Shown: positions 52,105 to 64,000 of the stretch, piece after piece | Numbering within the stretch: position 1 is the first letter of the stretch | Layout of the letters: every line of letters starts with the position of its first letter | Assembly: GCA_013239625.1 (NCBI GenBank) | Contig: MU054166.1 | Coordinates: 446,598 to 510,597, forward strand | DNA: 64,000 nucleotides | Direction of reading: 5' to 3' | DNA from: Lama guanicoe | Lineage: Eukaryota | Made by a program: the position numbers and the translations under genes | The notes under the pieces: model-generated | Told to the model about the DNA's origin: nothing | Seen by the model: the letters and a program-made list of their open reading frames with translations, nothing else | The model's database searches: none

Positions 52105-55100
52105 AAAGTCTCACTTTATTGTGGAAGATAAACATAGACTTGAAATAAATGGAAAAGTTATTCCATGGAAATTACAAGAAAGTGCAGATTGCAATGCTCT
52201 ACTCATACAAAATAAGTTTTAAAATAAGGGCCAAAATGAGAGAAATTTGAGATTATATAAAGAAAAAGACATCAATAAAAAAAATTGGGAATTACACTCA
52301 TTAAATTATGTATGGCCTAACACCATAGATCCTAAGTATAAAAAGAAATTTTAGTAGACATGATAGAATTAATTCCTTATAAAACAATAATAGTAGATGA
52401 GTTTAACACCTCACTATTGTAATGATCAAATCATCCAGAAAGTGTATCTGAAAGGAAACAGAGGTCTTAATACCATATTAGATCATTTGAATCTAACTGA
52501 GCTATTGGACACTTCATCAGAAAAGCAGAACACATGAACTTTTCAGGTGTGCACAGAATGTTATCTAAGGAATTAACCATATATTATGTCATGAATAAGC
52601 CTCAGGAACTTTAAGCAAATATAGTTTATAGCAAGTATTTTTCCATACACAAAACTATGAAACTATGCATGAACTCTAGAAAGAAGAATAGGAAAAGCAC
52701 AAACATGAGGTAAAACCACACCTTTTAAAAAAATACAATAAAACAAGGTCAATGATGAAATCAAAGAGGTAATAAAATACCTGGAGAAAAATGACACTGA
52801 AAACACAGCTTCATAAATGTATAAATGTATGGGATGCAACAAAGGCAAATCTACGAGGTAAGTTTTGAATAAATCAGGCCTTCTACAAGGAACAAGGGAT
52901 ACCTCATACAAAGGACCAAGCATAGCACCCGAAATAACACGAAATAAGAACAAACAAAACCCAAAGGCAGTAGAATGAGGAATCTTTAGTGATAAGGTTG
53001 AAAATAAATTAAAAACTTGAAAAATAAATTACAAATCATAAAATCAACAGCTTTAATGTTTCATAAAATATTAACAAACAGGAAAGCATTTAGCCAAGCT
53101 TATGAAGAAATACAGAGACTGGACCCAAAAAAAATAAGAAATGAAACAGTATATATAATATCTGATATTACAGAAATACAAAAAAAAGTTTATAAAAGCA
53201 CTATGAGCTGTTACGTGACAAACAACAGGATGACCTAAAAGAAATGGACAAATTTCTAAAAACAGACAGCCTTCCAAGACTGAATAAAGAGAAAACTGAG
53301 AACTTGAATAGAGCAATGATTATAAGTTAAATAAAATGTAAAATTTTAACAACACCCCTTGAACAAAATGCCTGGATTCCTTCACTAAAATCCCATTCCC
53401 CCAAGTATTTTAAAAAATGAAGGAGGAAGGACAATTCCCAAAGTTATTCAATGAGGCCACCATTACCCTTAAAAAAAAACCAGTCAAAGACACTACCTAA
53501 AAAAGAAATGAAAATAAAAATCCAATATCATTGATGAATATAGATTCAAAAATACTCAAAAAACTTCCACAAATTAATCCAGCAATACATAGAAAGTATT
53601 ATATACTATGATTATTTGGATTCTTTCCAGAGTCACAAGCATGTTTCAACATACACAAGTCAAGCAGCATGACACATATCTAATAAAGGAAGGATAAAAT
53701 TCACAAACCATGTCAGTACACAAAGGAAAAGCTTTTGACAAAATTCAACATACATTCATCATCAGAACTCTCATGAAAGTGAGTATAATGGGAATATTTC
53801 TCTCCATACTAAAGGCCATTTATAACAATTTATAATACTCAGGGGAAAGGCTGAAAGCCTTCTGGGTAAATTCGGGGACAAGACAAGGATTCCTACTCTC
53901 ACTAATTCTGTAATATAGTAATAGAAGAAAGGAAAAGGAATAGAAAAATAAGTAAAAGAAAGACTAAACTGAAAGAAAGAGGCAAAATTGTCACCAGTAT
54001 TGAAGACATAAATATCTACAGAGTGAGTCCTAAGAGCTCCACACTGACTATTATGAACAATAAATAATTTCATCAAGGAAGCAAGGTACAAGATTAATGA
54101 AAAGACGCCTCTTGCATTTGTCAACATTAATCATGAGCTATCATGAAATGGACGTTGAAGGCAATAATATTTAACACCCCATTCCCCCGAATATCTTGGA
54201 ATAAATGTAACCACATATGTGAAATATTTACACACTGAAAATTTTAAAACATTGACAAAGAAATAAAAATGATTCAAAGAAATTGAAAGATGTCTTGTGG
54301 TCTTGGATTGAAAGAGTTCATACTGTTAACATGGCAGTACTACACATAGAAACCTAAAGATTTAGTGCAATTCCTGTTACGAAGCTGTAGTATTTTCCAT
54401 AGAAAGAGAAAATAAATAACTCTAAGTTTTACATGAAACCATTAAAAATTGCTTAAATGACCTTGAGAAATAACAACAAATCTTGAGGTATAACCCTCCT
54501 GGATACCTTACTATACTACAAACCTACAGTAATAAAAACACCATGGCATTGGCACAGAGATATAATCAATAAAAGAGATAGAGAGCCTAGAAATAATTCC
54601 ACACACCTATGAGCAATGAATCTATGATTAAAGAAGCAAGAGTTCACAATGGAGAAAAGACAGTCTCGTCAATGGATGGTATTGGGAAATCAGGACATCT
54701 ACATGTAAAATAGTGAAATGAGAGCATTCCCTGACATAATATACAAAAATAAAATCCAAGTGTATTAAGGACCTAAATGTAAGACCTGAAACTACAAAAC
54801 TGCTAGAAGGGAATATAGGTGATACACTATTGGATACACATCATAGGAATATTTTCTTATATCAGACTCCTAAGGCAAAAGAAATAAAAGTATAAATCAG
54901 TAAGTGGGACCTAAACAAACTTGAAAATTTCTGCACAGATAAGAACACTATCAATGAAATTAAAACACTGCCTGTGTAATTGGAGAACATATTTGCAAAC
55001 AATGCAAGTGACCAGGGGTTAATAGATGTAGGTTTATAGATTTAACATGGATTTAGGTTACACAAATCAAGGTGAAAAACCAAAATACAATCAAAAACAA

Positions 55101-56180
55101 CAGCAGAGTACCTGAGTTAATATTTTTCCAAAGAAACATTCAGATGAGTAATAGGCAAGTGATAAAATTTCACAACATTTCTAATTATTAGGTAATTGCA
55201 AATCAAAAACACAATGAGGTATCAGTTCACACTGACCAAACGGCTATTATCAAGATGTCTACAAATAGTAAGTGTTGGAGACGATGGGGAGGTAAGAAAT
55301 CTCTTGTATACTCTTGGTAGAAATGTAAATTGGTACAACTTCTAAGGAATACAGTATTCAGATTTGTTTAAAAACTAAAAAGTTAAATACCATATGACCC
55401 AGTAATAACTCTCCTAGGAAAAATCTGGGGAAAACACCCTAAATTGAGAAGAACCAATGTTCACAACAGCACTGTTTATAATATGCAAGACAGGGAAGCA
55501 ATCCAAGAGTCCACAGCAGACTGTGGACTTAAGAAGAAATGATGTTTCTATAAATAAGCAATGGAATAATACTCAGTCATGAAAAAGTATAACTCATTGC
55601 TATTTCAGCATCATGAAAGATCCTAGTAAATTTTGTGTTTAGTGAAGTAACTTAGACAAAGACAAAAGTAGATAATTTAATTTATATGTGGAATCTAAAG
55701 AATAAAAAATATCTGTGTATATCTTTGTATAGCTATCTATTGATAGATAACAGATAAACAGATAGAATGATATACATACGTACATGATAGATAGATAGAT
55801 ATATATAGATAAATAGATAGATAGATAGATAGATTGATATTTAGATAGAGACATGATGGAGATGTAAAGAGATTAATTAGACAAAACTTAAGCATACTCA
55901 AAAAGATGGGAAAAAATTTATGTTTACCAAAGTGGAAGTGAAAGAGAATTAAATGGTAGGACATTGACAGATACAAAGAAATATACATGAAGAAGAAAAG
56001 CAACAAAGATAATCTGTATAGATAAGGGAATTAAACACAATAGCTTAAAGTAATTGTATGTTACAATTATTGTAATTATTCATAATGCAATATAATCTAC
56101 ATAGTGGTTGGAATCACTATGCTGTACATCTGAAACTACACAATATTTTACATCTACTGTACTTCAATTAAAAATAAAAC
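52105..56180 (+). mobile_element. Older LINE-1, paralog of 16640-20680
   Basis: Colinear, with the same start junction and GATA tract. Confidence 0.88.
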
Positions 56181-56184
56181 ATAT

Positions 56185-58210
56185 CTTGTATAATTTAGTC
56201 CTTTTTCCGCTGATAGCAGCTTCCTTTAATATTGTTTCATTTTACTCTTCACTTTTTATGATTATTGTTTCAAATTATTTCTTTTACTCTTGTGAACATG
56301 ATACCAGTTTGAAGTATCTATATTTATTGCCCCTGATTTCCTCTTTTATTCTCTTAATACATATAGTATACCAGCATTTAACAACATAACCAAAGAAACA
56401 AATGTAACTTTCTCATGGTCTCTCCTTAGAATTTTGGTCAATGCTTTGCATATTTTTGCCATTTTATATTTCTTAGAAGACATCTTTTCTACACCTCTTA
56501 TAAGGTGTCTTGGTTTTGTATTTTCTTCTGATACATGTTTGTTTATTAAAGTCTTTACTTTCAGTTTATATCTAAGTAATAACTGTGTAAGTAATATTGG
56601 GTGAGTGATTTCTTATTTCAGTAGTTTGAAAATACAATTTTATTTACCCTTTGTGTATGTTTTTTGCTCAGAAATCTGCAGATAGCCTAATGGGGGTTCC
56701 TTTGTAGATTAACATAACTTTTTTGGCTGCCTTTAAATTTTTACTCTGTCATTGTCTTGTCAATTTGCATATGACGTATCTTCAAGGAGGTCACTTTGTC
56801 TTAAAGTTATTGGTGTTTTGTTGGCTCACGGACTTGTATATCAGTTCCTTACACAGGTTCGGGAAGTTATCAACTATTACTTCTTTAAGTAAACCATCAG
56901 CTGCCTTCTAACTTTCTGCTCCTTACAGGATTTCACTCTAATGTGCACTTCCTGAGGAAGTCTGATGGCTACTGTAGAATTTCCTCACTTTTTAATATCT
57001 TGAATCTCTGCCCTCTCCTATCATTTCTAGTTTTGTATTGGTGAGTTTGCTAATCTCTCTTCCACAAAGACGCTCTACTTCCAATGCTTTCTGTTGCATT
57101 CTTCATCTCATTTATTAAGTTATCCTGGTCCTCCTATAATGTTTGTATATTTTATAGTTTCAGTCCCTTTGGTAATGTATTCCTTATCATCGTTTCATTT
57201 CTTCCTGAGGTCACTAAACTGCTTTCTTAGTTTTGATATTTTTATTGAGTTTCTGTATGACACCTATTTGGATTCTCTATTAGTTATATGGCAATATACC
57301 ATGACTTTAAATTTGTTTGCTGCAGGGTTGACATTTTGTGTGTGCAGGTGCATGTGCATGTGTGTCTGTGTCTGTGTTTGTGTCGGTGTCTGTGTGTGTC
57401 TATCTGTGTGTTAGCGTGCCCTATATTGTTACTGTGATTGGTCATGATCTTGATAAATTATTGCTCTGATGGCACTTAATAACACATTGGGAGTTGGAGT
57501 CCTTGCTTTTGTCTTCTGGTAGCTTGCAATATAACACAATTTTTGGTTTACTTACCTGAGATACCTCTGATTATATTTCAAAATGGCCCTTTACAGTCGC
57601 TACGGTCTGGACAAAAGATTTTCTTTCATTGTCACTTGTTGGAATTCTCTGGTAGTTAATGCCACTTTTGTCACTGGGACGGTGAACACTTCCTTTTATC
57701 TGATATCCCTTGAGAACCAGTGTACACATTGAGGAAAGGTGTAAAGACAGGTGGGTATTTGGAATCAGACAAGTGCCTTTCCCATGTCCAGTGTTGCAAG
57801 GTAAATTGTCTCCACCACTGTGAATGGGGAGTAGGGACAGATTCATGAATGTCTGAGTGTCTGAAGGATGGAAAATCTGTCTCCATTGTGGCTCCCTCCT
57901 AGTTAACTGTGATCATGAGTACTGGTGCAGTTGGAGGCCGAAGCTGTGTGAACCACTGAGGCCCTGTTTCTACTGGGTTCTCTGAACTTGTGGACTAAGA
58001 TATTCTATTCAGGTGGCCTTGGTTGCAGACACCAACTCGGCTCTTCCCTCACTTCAGCCTCCTTTGTGTGTTTTAGTCCACTGAAGTTCACCTGTTCACA
58101 TTTGTTCTGGAGTATTGTTTTGTGCTGTAGTTATTTTTGTTCAGATGTGAACGTTTTACTGACTGTAGATGTAAGGGGAGAGACAAAAATAGTTTATACT
58201 TATGTCATTT
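56185..58210 (-). mobile_element. Old LINE-1 5' portion, paralog of 20690-22720
   Basis: Colinear; ctcagaaatctgcagatagcctaatgggggttcctttgtag is an antisense ORF1 phrase. Confidence 0.75.
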
Positions 58211-58414
58211 TTAACAGTGTATACTTTTTCAATTAAAAGCTTAAATTCTAATTAGGAAATTATAAGAACACTAAAGAAAGTGAACAAATCACTTCCCTTA
58301 ATATCATAGTACTACAAAATATTTTGAATTTCCTGGGTTCTTTTCTTCAATGTTTTACCCACCTACATGCACATTTTACTAAAATATATCCCTATACACT
58401 CTTTAAAATCAATT

Positions 58415-59990
58415 CAATTATTAAAATAATTTTCTGTGCTGTAAATATAGCCCTTTTGATTCTCTAATTTATTACTTGTAGCTTGCAGATTTCTATCGTT
58501 TCCATCCTTCTTCCCTTTCCCCACAGGACACCACGACTTGTTACACCACATATATATGTGATTCTTTTTCTGTTTTTTTATGATTATTTCTCTTATATAT
58601 TTATTTTCCTCATTTAAGGGACAATGTAGTGTGTTTTTCTCCGTATGACTTATCTTCCTATGTGCCACACTCTCTGGGTCCAGACACATTGTTCCAAATG
58701 GCAGAATTTTACTTTTCATTATAAAATGATGAAGTATTTATTATGTTATCTATATCTCACATCTATTTCAGCCAATCATCTGTTGATGGGCAGTTGAGTT
58801 GTGCTTCTACCCTTAGCTACTATAAATGATGATGTTAAGAACATTGGGGTAATATATCTTTTAAGTTAATCTTTTCATTTTTTTTTCAGATTTATACTGA
58901 AAACTTGAATTGTTGCAACATATAATGCTTCTATTTCTAGTTTTCTGAGCACTGTCTACTGTTTTGTAATAGTGGATGCATCAATTTATGTTTCCACCAT
59001 CAGTGTACCTGGTTTCCCTCATATCGACATTCTTATTAATGTTTGTCATTTGTAGACTTTTTGTTAATAGCCATTTTGGTTGCTCTAAAATTATATTTCA
59101 TTCTGGTTTTGATTTATGTTTTCCTAAAAAAAGCAACGTTATGTTTCTTTTTATAAGGATGAAAATCATCCACATGTCTGTTTTTGCAAAGTTTCCATGA
59201 AGATTCTTCAACTGTACTTAATTTGATGTCTTTATTTTTCAAATATTGACTCTAATATGCTATATATATATTATGGATAATAACATCTTGTTGGTCTCAT
59301 TGTCTGAAATTTTTCCTTCTATTCTGTCTGTTATCATATGTCTTGTTGAAGGTTTCCTATTCTCTGCAAATGTTTTTGCACTTCACACTTATACAAGAAA
59401 TAGGATCCCTATATCGCAGAGTACACCTATTTTTTCCTTAGTAAACTAAAAACTGTAATTGTTAGTTTTCCTTTTTTTTTTAATTTGGAGACAGAACAAA
59501 AAAAAAGATTGCTATGATTTATCTCAAAGTCAGTTCTGCTTCTGTTCTTTGTCAGAAATTGTATAGTATAATGCTTTACATTTAGGAAATTAATGAATTT
59601 TTATCTCATTTTTTATACTATGGAAGGAAGTGCTTTTTCATCTTCCTTTTACATGTACTGTCCTGTTTTCTCAGAACTACTTGTTGAAGAGACTGCCTTT
59701 TTTCCATTGTATACTCTTGCCTCCTTCTTTGTAGACTAATTGACCATATGTGTGTGGGTTTATTTTCGGACACTTTATTTTGTTCCATTGATCTATGTGT
59801 TTCTATAAGTGCCATATATTGATGTATTGATTACTGTAGCTTTGTAGTAAGTTCTAAACTCAGGGAAGATAATACCCACAGCTTTGCTCATTTTTAAAAA
59901 TAATTTTAGAAAATTCGGATCTTTCAGTTCTATGTATAAATTTTATTATTTTTCTCCTTGTTTTGTGAAGAAACTTATGGATTCTGTGAA
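58415..59990 (-). mobile_element. Old LINE-1 3' portion, paralog of 22915-24505
   Basis: Colinear, with the same strand-switch junction (tatggattctgtgaRaatagaaattt). Confidence 0.8.
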
Positions 59991-62900
59991 AATAGAAATT
60001 TACTAAAGGAAAAAACCTGAGAAAAATACTAAAGTATGGAGGATAAATCAAACATTATTAACAACAAATGGATTGCTGTATAAATCAAAGAAAAAATATA
60101 TAAAGAAAAATGACAACAAAAATAAAATCCATGGGGTATAACAAAAGCGGTATTAATAGGGATGCTTATAGCAAATTAATCCCACTTATACCAATAAAAA
60201 TATCTTTCTCTTATAACATATACTTACCACCAAATATGTAGCAAAATAATAAAAGAAACTTGTTAGTAGAAGGAAAGACAGCTGAAAGGACAGAACATAA
60301 TTAAATAAAGTAAGGATTAAAAATATAAACATTTAATCAATCTAAATAATGACTTTTGAAAGATAAATAATGTTGGTAAACTTAAACCAGACACATGAGC
60401 AAAAAAGAGAGTTAAAGATTAATAAGCTAAAAAATTAATGAGAAGTTACTCCTTATATCAAAAAATACAAAGCATCATAAGATGATACAACAAATTATAT
60501 GCCAATAAAATGGAAACCCTAGAACAAATGGACAACTTCTTAGAAAGACTTAATCTCCAGAATGGAATGATAAATAAAATATGAACAGATTATCACTAAT
60601 GAAATTGAATAAGTATTTTAAAAAATTAAAAAAAATTACACAGGAAACAAAATTCCAGGCCTATACAGCTTCACAGGTGATTTCTGCCAAACATTTAGTG
60701 AAGAGCTATCACCTATACTTCTCAGCGTATTCCAAAAATTTCGAGAGGAAAGGAGGCTTTCTACTCCACATTTCTGTATCACACTTCTAGTAGAACTGGA
60801 ACAAAAACCTCAAAAAATTACAGGTTAAATACTACTGATAAGCATAGATGCAAAAATCACCACAAAATTGTTAGCAAATCCAACAATACATTAAGAGGAT
60901 TATGCATTATGATAAAGTCCATTTTATTTCAGGGAGTAAAAATGATTCAATACCCACAAATTAATCAGTATGATACACCACACAAACAACCTGAATTATA
61001 AAAATTATATGGTCACCTCAATAGAGTCATAAAATGTATTGACAAATTCAGTATCTATTTATGAATATATTTCTCCTGAAATTGGGCATGAGGAAACATA
61101 CATCAACACAGTTAGGGTCATATATGACAAGAACCCCACAAACATGACACTCACAGATCAAAATCTGAAAGCATCTCCAATAAGAGCAGGAAGAAGACAA
61201 GAATGCTCACTCTTACCACTTTTATTCAGTATTGTAAGGAAATTCTAGCCATAGCTATACAAAATAAAAGTAAATAAATATATCTAATTAAGAGAAGGAG
61301 TAAAAGTATCTGTTTTCAGATGACATACTTTAAACAGAAATCCTAAAGTAGTCGACACAAAACTACTAGGGCTTATCAATGCATTTGATAAAATTTCTGA
61401 ATGTAAAAATAACATACAGAAATCTTGCATTTCTACACACTAACAACAAGCTAACAGATAGATAAATTGATGGAACTGTCACATTTATAGTTGCATTAGA
61501 AAAAAAAATCAAGAAATGTATCCAACCAAGGAGGTAAAATACCTGTACTCAAAAAACTATAAAATATTTATAGCAGAAATTGAAGATAACACAAACATAT
61601 GAAAGTCTATAATTTGTTCATAGATGAGGGAAATAATATTGTTTAAATGACAGTATTAGCCAACAAAATACACAAATTAAATTCAGTGCCTATCAAAATA
61701 CCAAGGGCATTTTCTGACACTTACAAAAAATAATTCTAAAATTTACATGTAAACCCAAAAGAGATGAAATCACAAAGAAGAAAAAGAAAGGAAAGAAAAC
61801 AAACTAAAAACACAAACAACTTTAACAAAGAAAAAAGTGGATGTATCACTGTCCCTGATTTTAAACTATAATACAAATCTACAGTATTAAAAAGGATATG
61901 TTTGTGGCACAGAACAAACAGAATAATGGAACACAACAGAATGTCTGAAAATGAATTCAGACACTTATGGTCATTTAGCCCATTACAAAAAATGAATACA
62001 GAGTAGGGGTAATGTAACCACCAGGCACATGAAACCGATTAACATCACAAACCATCAGAAAAATTCAAGTCCAAAACACAATGAGATTTTATGTCACTCC
62101 TGTAAGAATGACTATTATCAAAAAGATAACAAACATAACTGTTTGTTAGGATGTTAGAAAAACAACCCTGATGCACTGCTGGAGTGAATGTAAATATGTG
62201 ATGCCACTGTGGAAAACAACATGGAGCTTTAAATAAAAATTAATAATGAAATATAATCCAAAATATACATATCGGGATACTTATTCCAAGAAAATAATTA
62301 CACTAATTAGAAAAGATAAATTCAACCCTATATTCACTGCAGAATTATGCACAATAAACAGGATAAAGAAGCAAATTAATTGCTCATCAATAGATGATTT
62401 AAAAGAAGATGTGTGTTTATAGTATTTATATCTACCTATATTAAGTACAGACTCATCTACATATATATACACAAACACACTTTATATATATATATATGCA
62501 CTGTATATATATATATGCACACACACACATAAAAATACAATGGGTTATTACTCAGCTCTAAAAAGAATAATTTCTTGCCATTTGGAATAAATGGGTTGAC
62601 CAAGAGGGTAATATGCTAAGTGAAATAAGTCAGAAATTGAATGACAATTGCTGATTGATTTTACTCATATTTGAAATTTAAAACAAATGAACATAACAAC
62701 ACAGAAAAGGAATTATAGATATAGAAAGGAACAGGTTGTTCACAAGAAGGGGGGAAATGAGGTGAGGAAAAGAAAATTTGAGGAAATTGAGAAAAATCTC
62801 CAGTTGGAAATTAGAGTCAGGGACAAGAAACGTACTGTGTGGGGAATATCCAATAACTATTAATATCTTTAAATAGCAACATATCATAACTAGATATATT

Positions 62901-63370
62901 CTGGTGATGTTTGAAATATATTAAAAACAGCAAACATTATGTTGTGTCAGAGAAACTTACTCAGTGTTATAGATTAAAGTACACTTCAAAAAAAAACATA
63001 CACATAGAAAAAATTAGATTTGTAGTTAACATAGGCAGGGTTTGGGGAAGGAGGACTTGATTAATGCACTCAAAAGCTATAATCATCCAAGCGTAAAATA
63101 ATCGTGTTCTAGGGATGCCCCGTAGTAACATGAAAATTAAAATTAATACTGCTTTACTTTCTATATCAATATTGTGAAGAGAGTAGACCATAATTTTTCT
63201 CATCACAAACAAAAGACAAATTGAATTTCTTTACAATTTTATCTAAATGAAATAATGAATTCTCCCTAAAGTTGCTATGGTATTTATTTCATGATACTTG
63301 TAAATCAAATCACTATCCTGTGCACCTAAACTTACACAATGTTTTATGCCAATTATATCTCAATAAAAGT
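59990..63370 (+). mobile_element. Old LINE-1 ORF2 to 3'UTR, paralog of 24505-27880
   Basis: ORF 61039..61248 (PIRAGRRQECSLLPLLFSIV) is the RT GxRQGCPLSPLLF motif; same 3' end as copy A. Confidence 0.85.
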
Positions 63371-64000
63371 GGCAGAAATAATGGAAAGTCAAAGGTCACT
63401 TTTTCCCATGTAATTTCTCATGATTGTCTTTGCAGCAATAAACTTTAGTCATGATATACTTATCCTAGTTAAAGATACTAATAAATAAGTGATTCTAATA
63501 AATTATACATAAAGATACAAATAAAATTAGTGTTCCACCATGCCTTAAACTTTCTTCATGTTAACAGCCCACTGCTTCTGTAGGCAACAAAATTTCATTT
63601 TGTGTATTCATCTGAGGTTAGGGAATGGATCAAATTTAAAACTGACTGCTCTTGCTGTGAGTGATATAGTTCACTGTCTCAGAACGAAAATCTCATTTCC
63701 ACGAGAGCATCTGTAAGAAATGAACATGCTAGGATTCTAAAATACTCACAATGGTAAAATCTCATAACTCCTACAATTCTTAACTGTTTTGCAGTGGGAA
63801 TGCAATACTGTCAAAGACTTGATTTTGGGTAACTATGTGCTGTTTTCTCATAGTTGCAATATGGGATTTGAGGATAATACCTGAGATCCACAACAAATAT
63901 TACTGCTTAAGTGCTGGGCAAAGAAGTGTAAAGGTTCTGCATTTTTAGGACTGAGGACTGCTTTCAAAATGATGACTACGCTCACTGTAATCCAGGTAGT

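Larger units (their letters stand above)
34832..64000 (+). repeat. Tandem segmental duplication, copy B (runs off the window end)
   Basis: Colinear with 1-28512, including non-L1 sequence (27880-28512 vs 63370-64000). The offset grows from 34831 to 35488, mostly because of the B-specific L1 insertion. Confidence 0.97.

Noticed and set aside
1..64000. The duplication as a false haplotype or assembly duplication
   Set aside because: About 10% or more divergence, many indels and a copy-specific L1 with a TSD far exceed allelic variation.

Overview
AT-rich mammalian genomic DNA, most likely from a Y-chromosome ampliconic region. The L1 3' ends look camelid-type to me; this is recognition, not a search result. 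The window holds nearly two head-to-tail copies of a ~35 kb unit: 1-28512 recurs at 34832-64000, about 85-92% identical in my spot checks. Most of the unit is a mosaic of decayed LINE-1 elements. It also carries a solo LTR, and the stretch seen only once holds a probable ERV-L remnant and one two-exon HSFY (heat shock transcription factor, Y-linked) gene on the minus strand (33004-31320). This HSFY copy is a pseudogene: exon 1 has a nonsense codon, an 8-bp frameshifting duplication and a GT>GA donor, while exon 2 is fully open. A young 698-bp L1 with a 13-bp target-site duplication (TSD) is present only in the second unit. I found no intact protein-coding gene, RNA gene or CRISPR array. Three N gaps are present.
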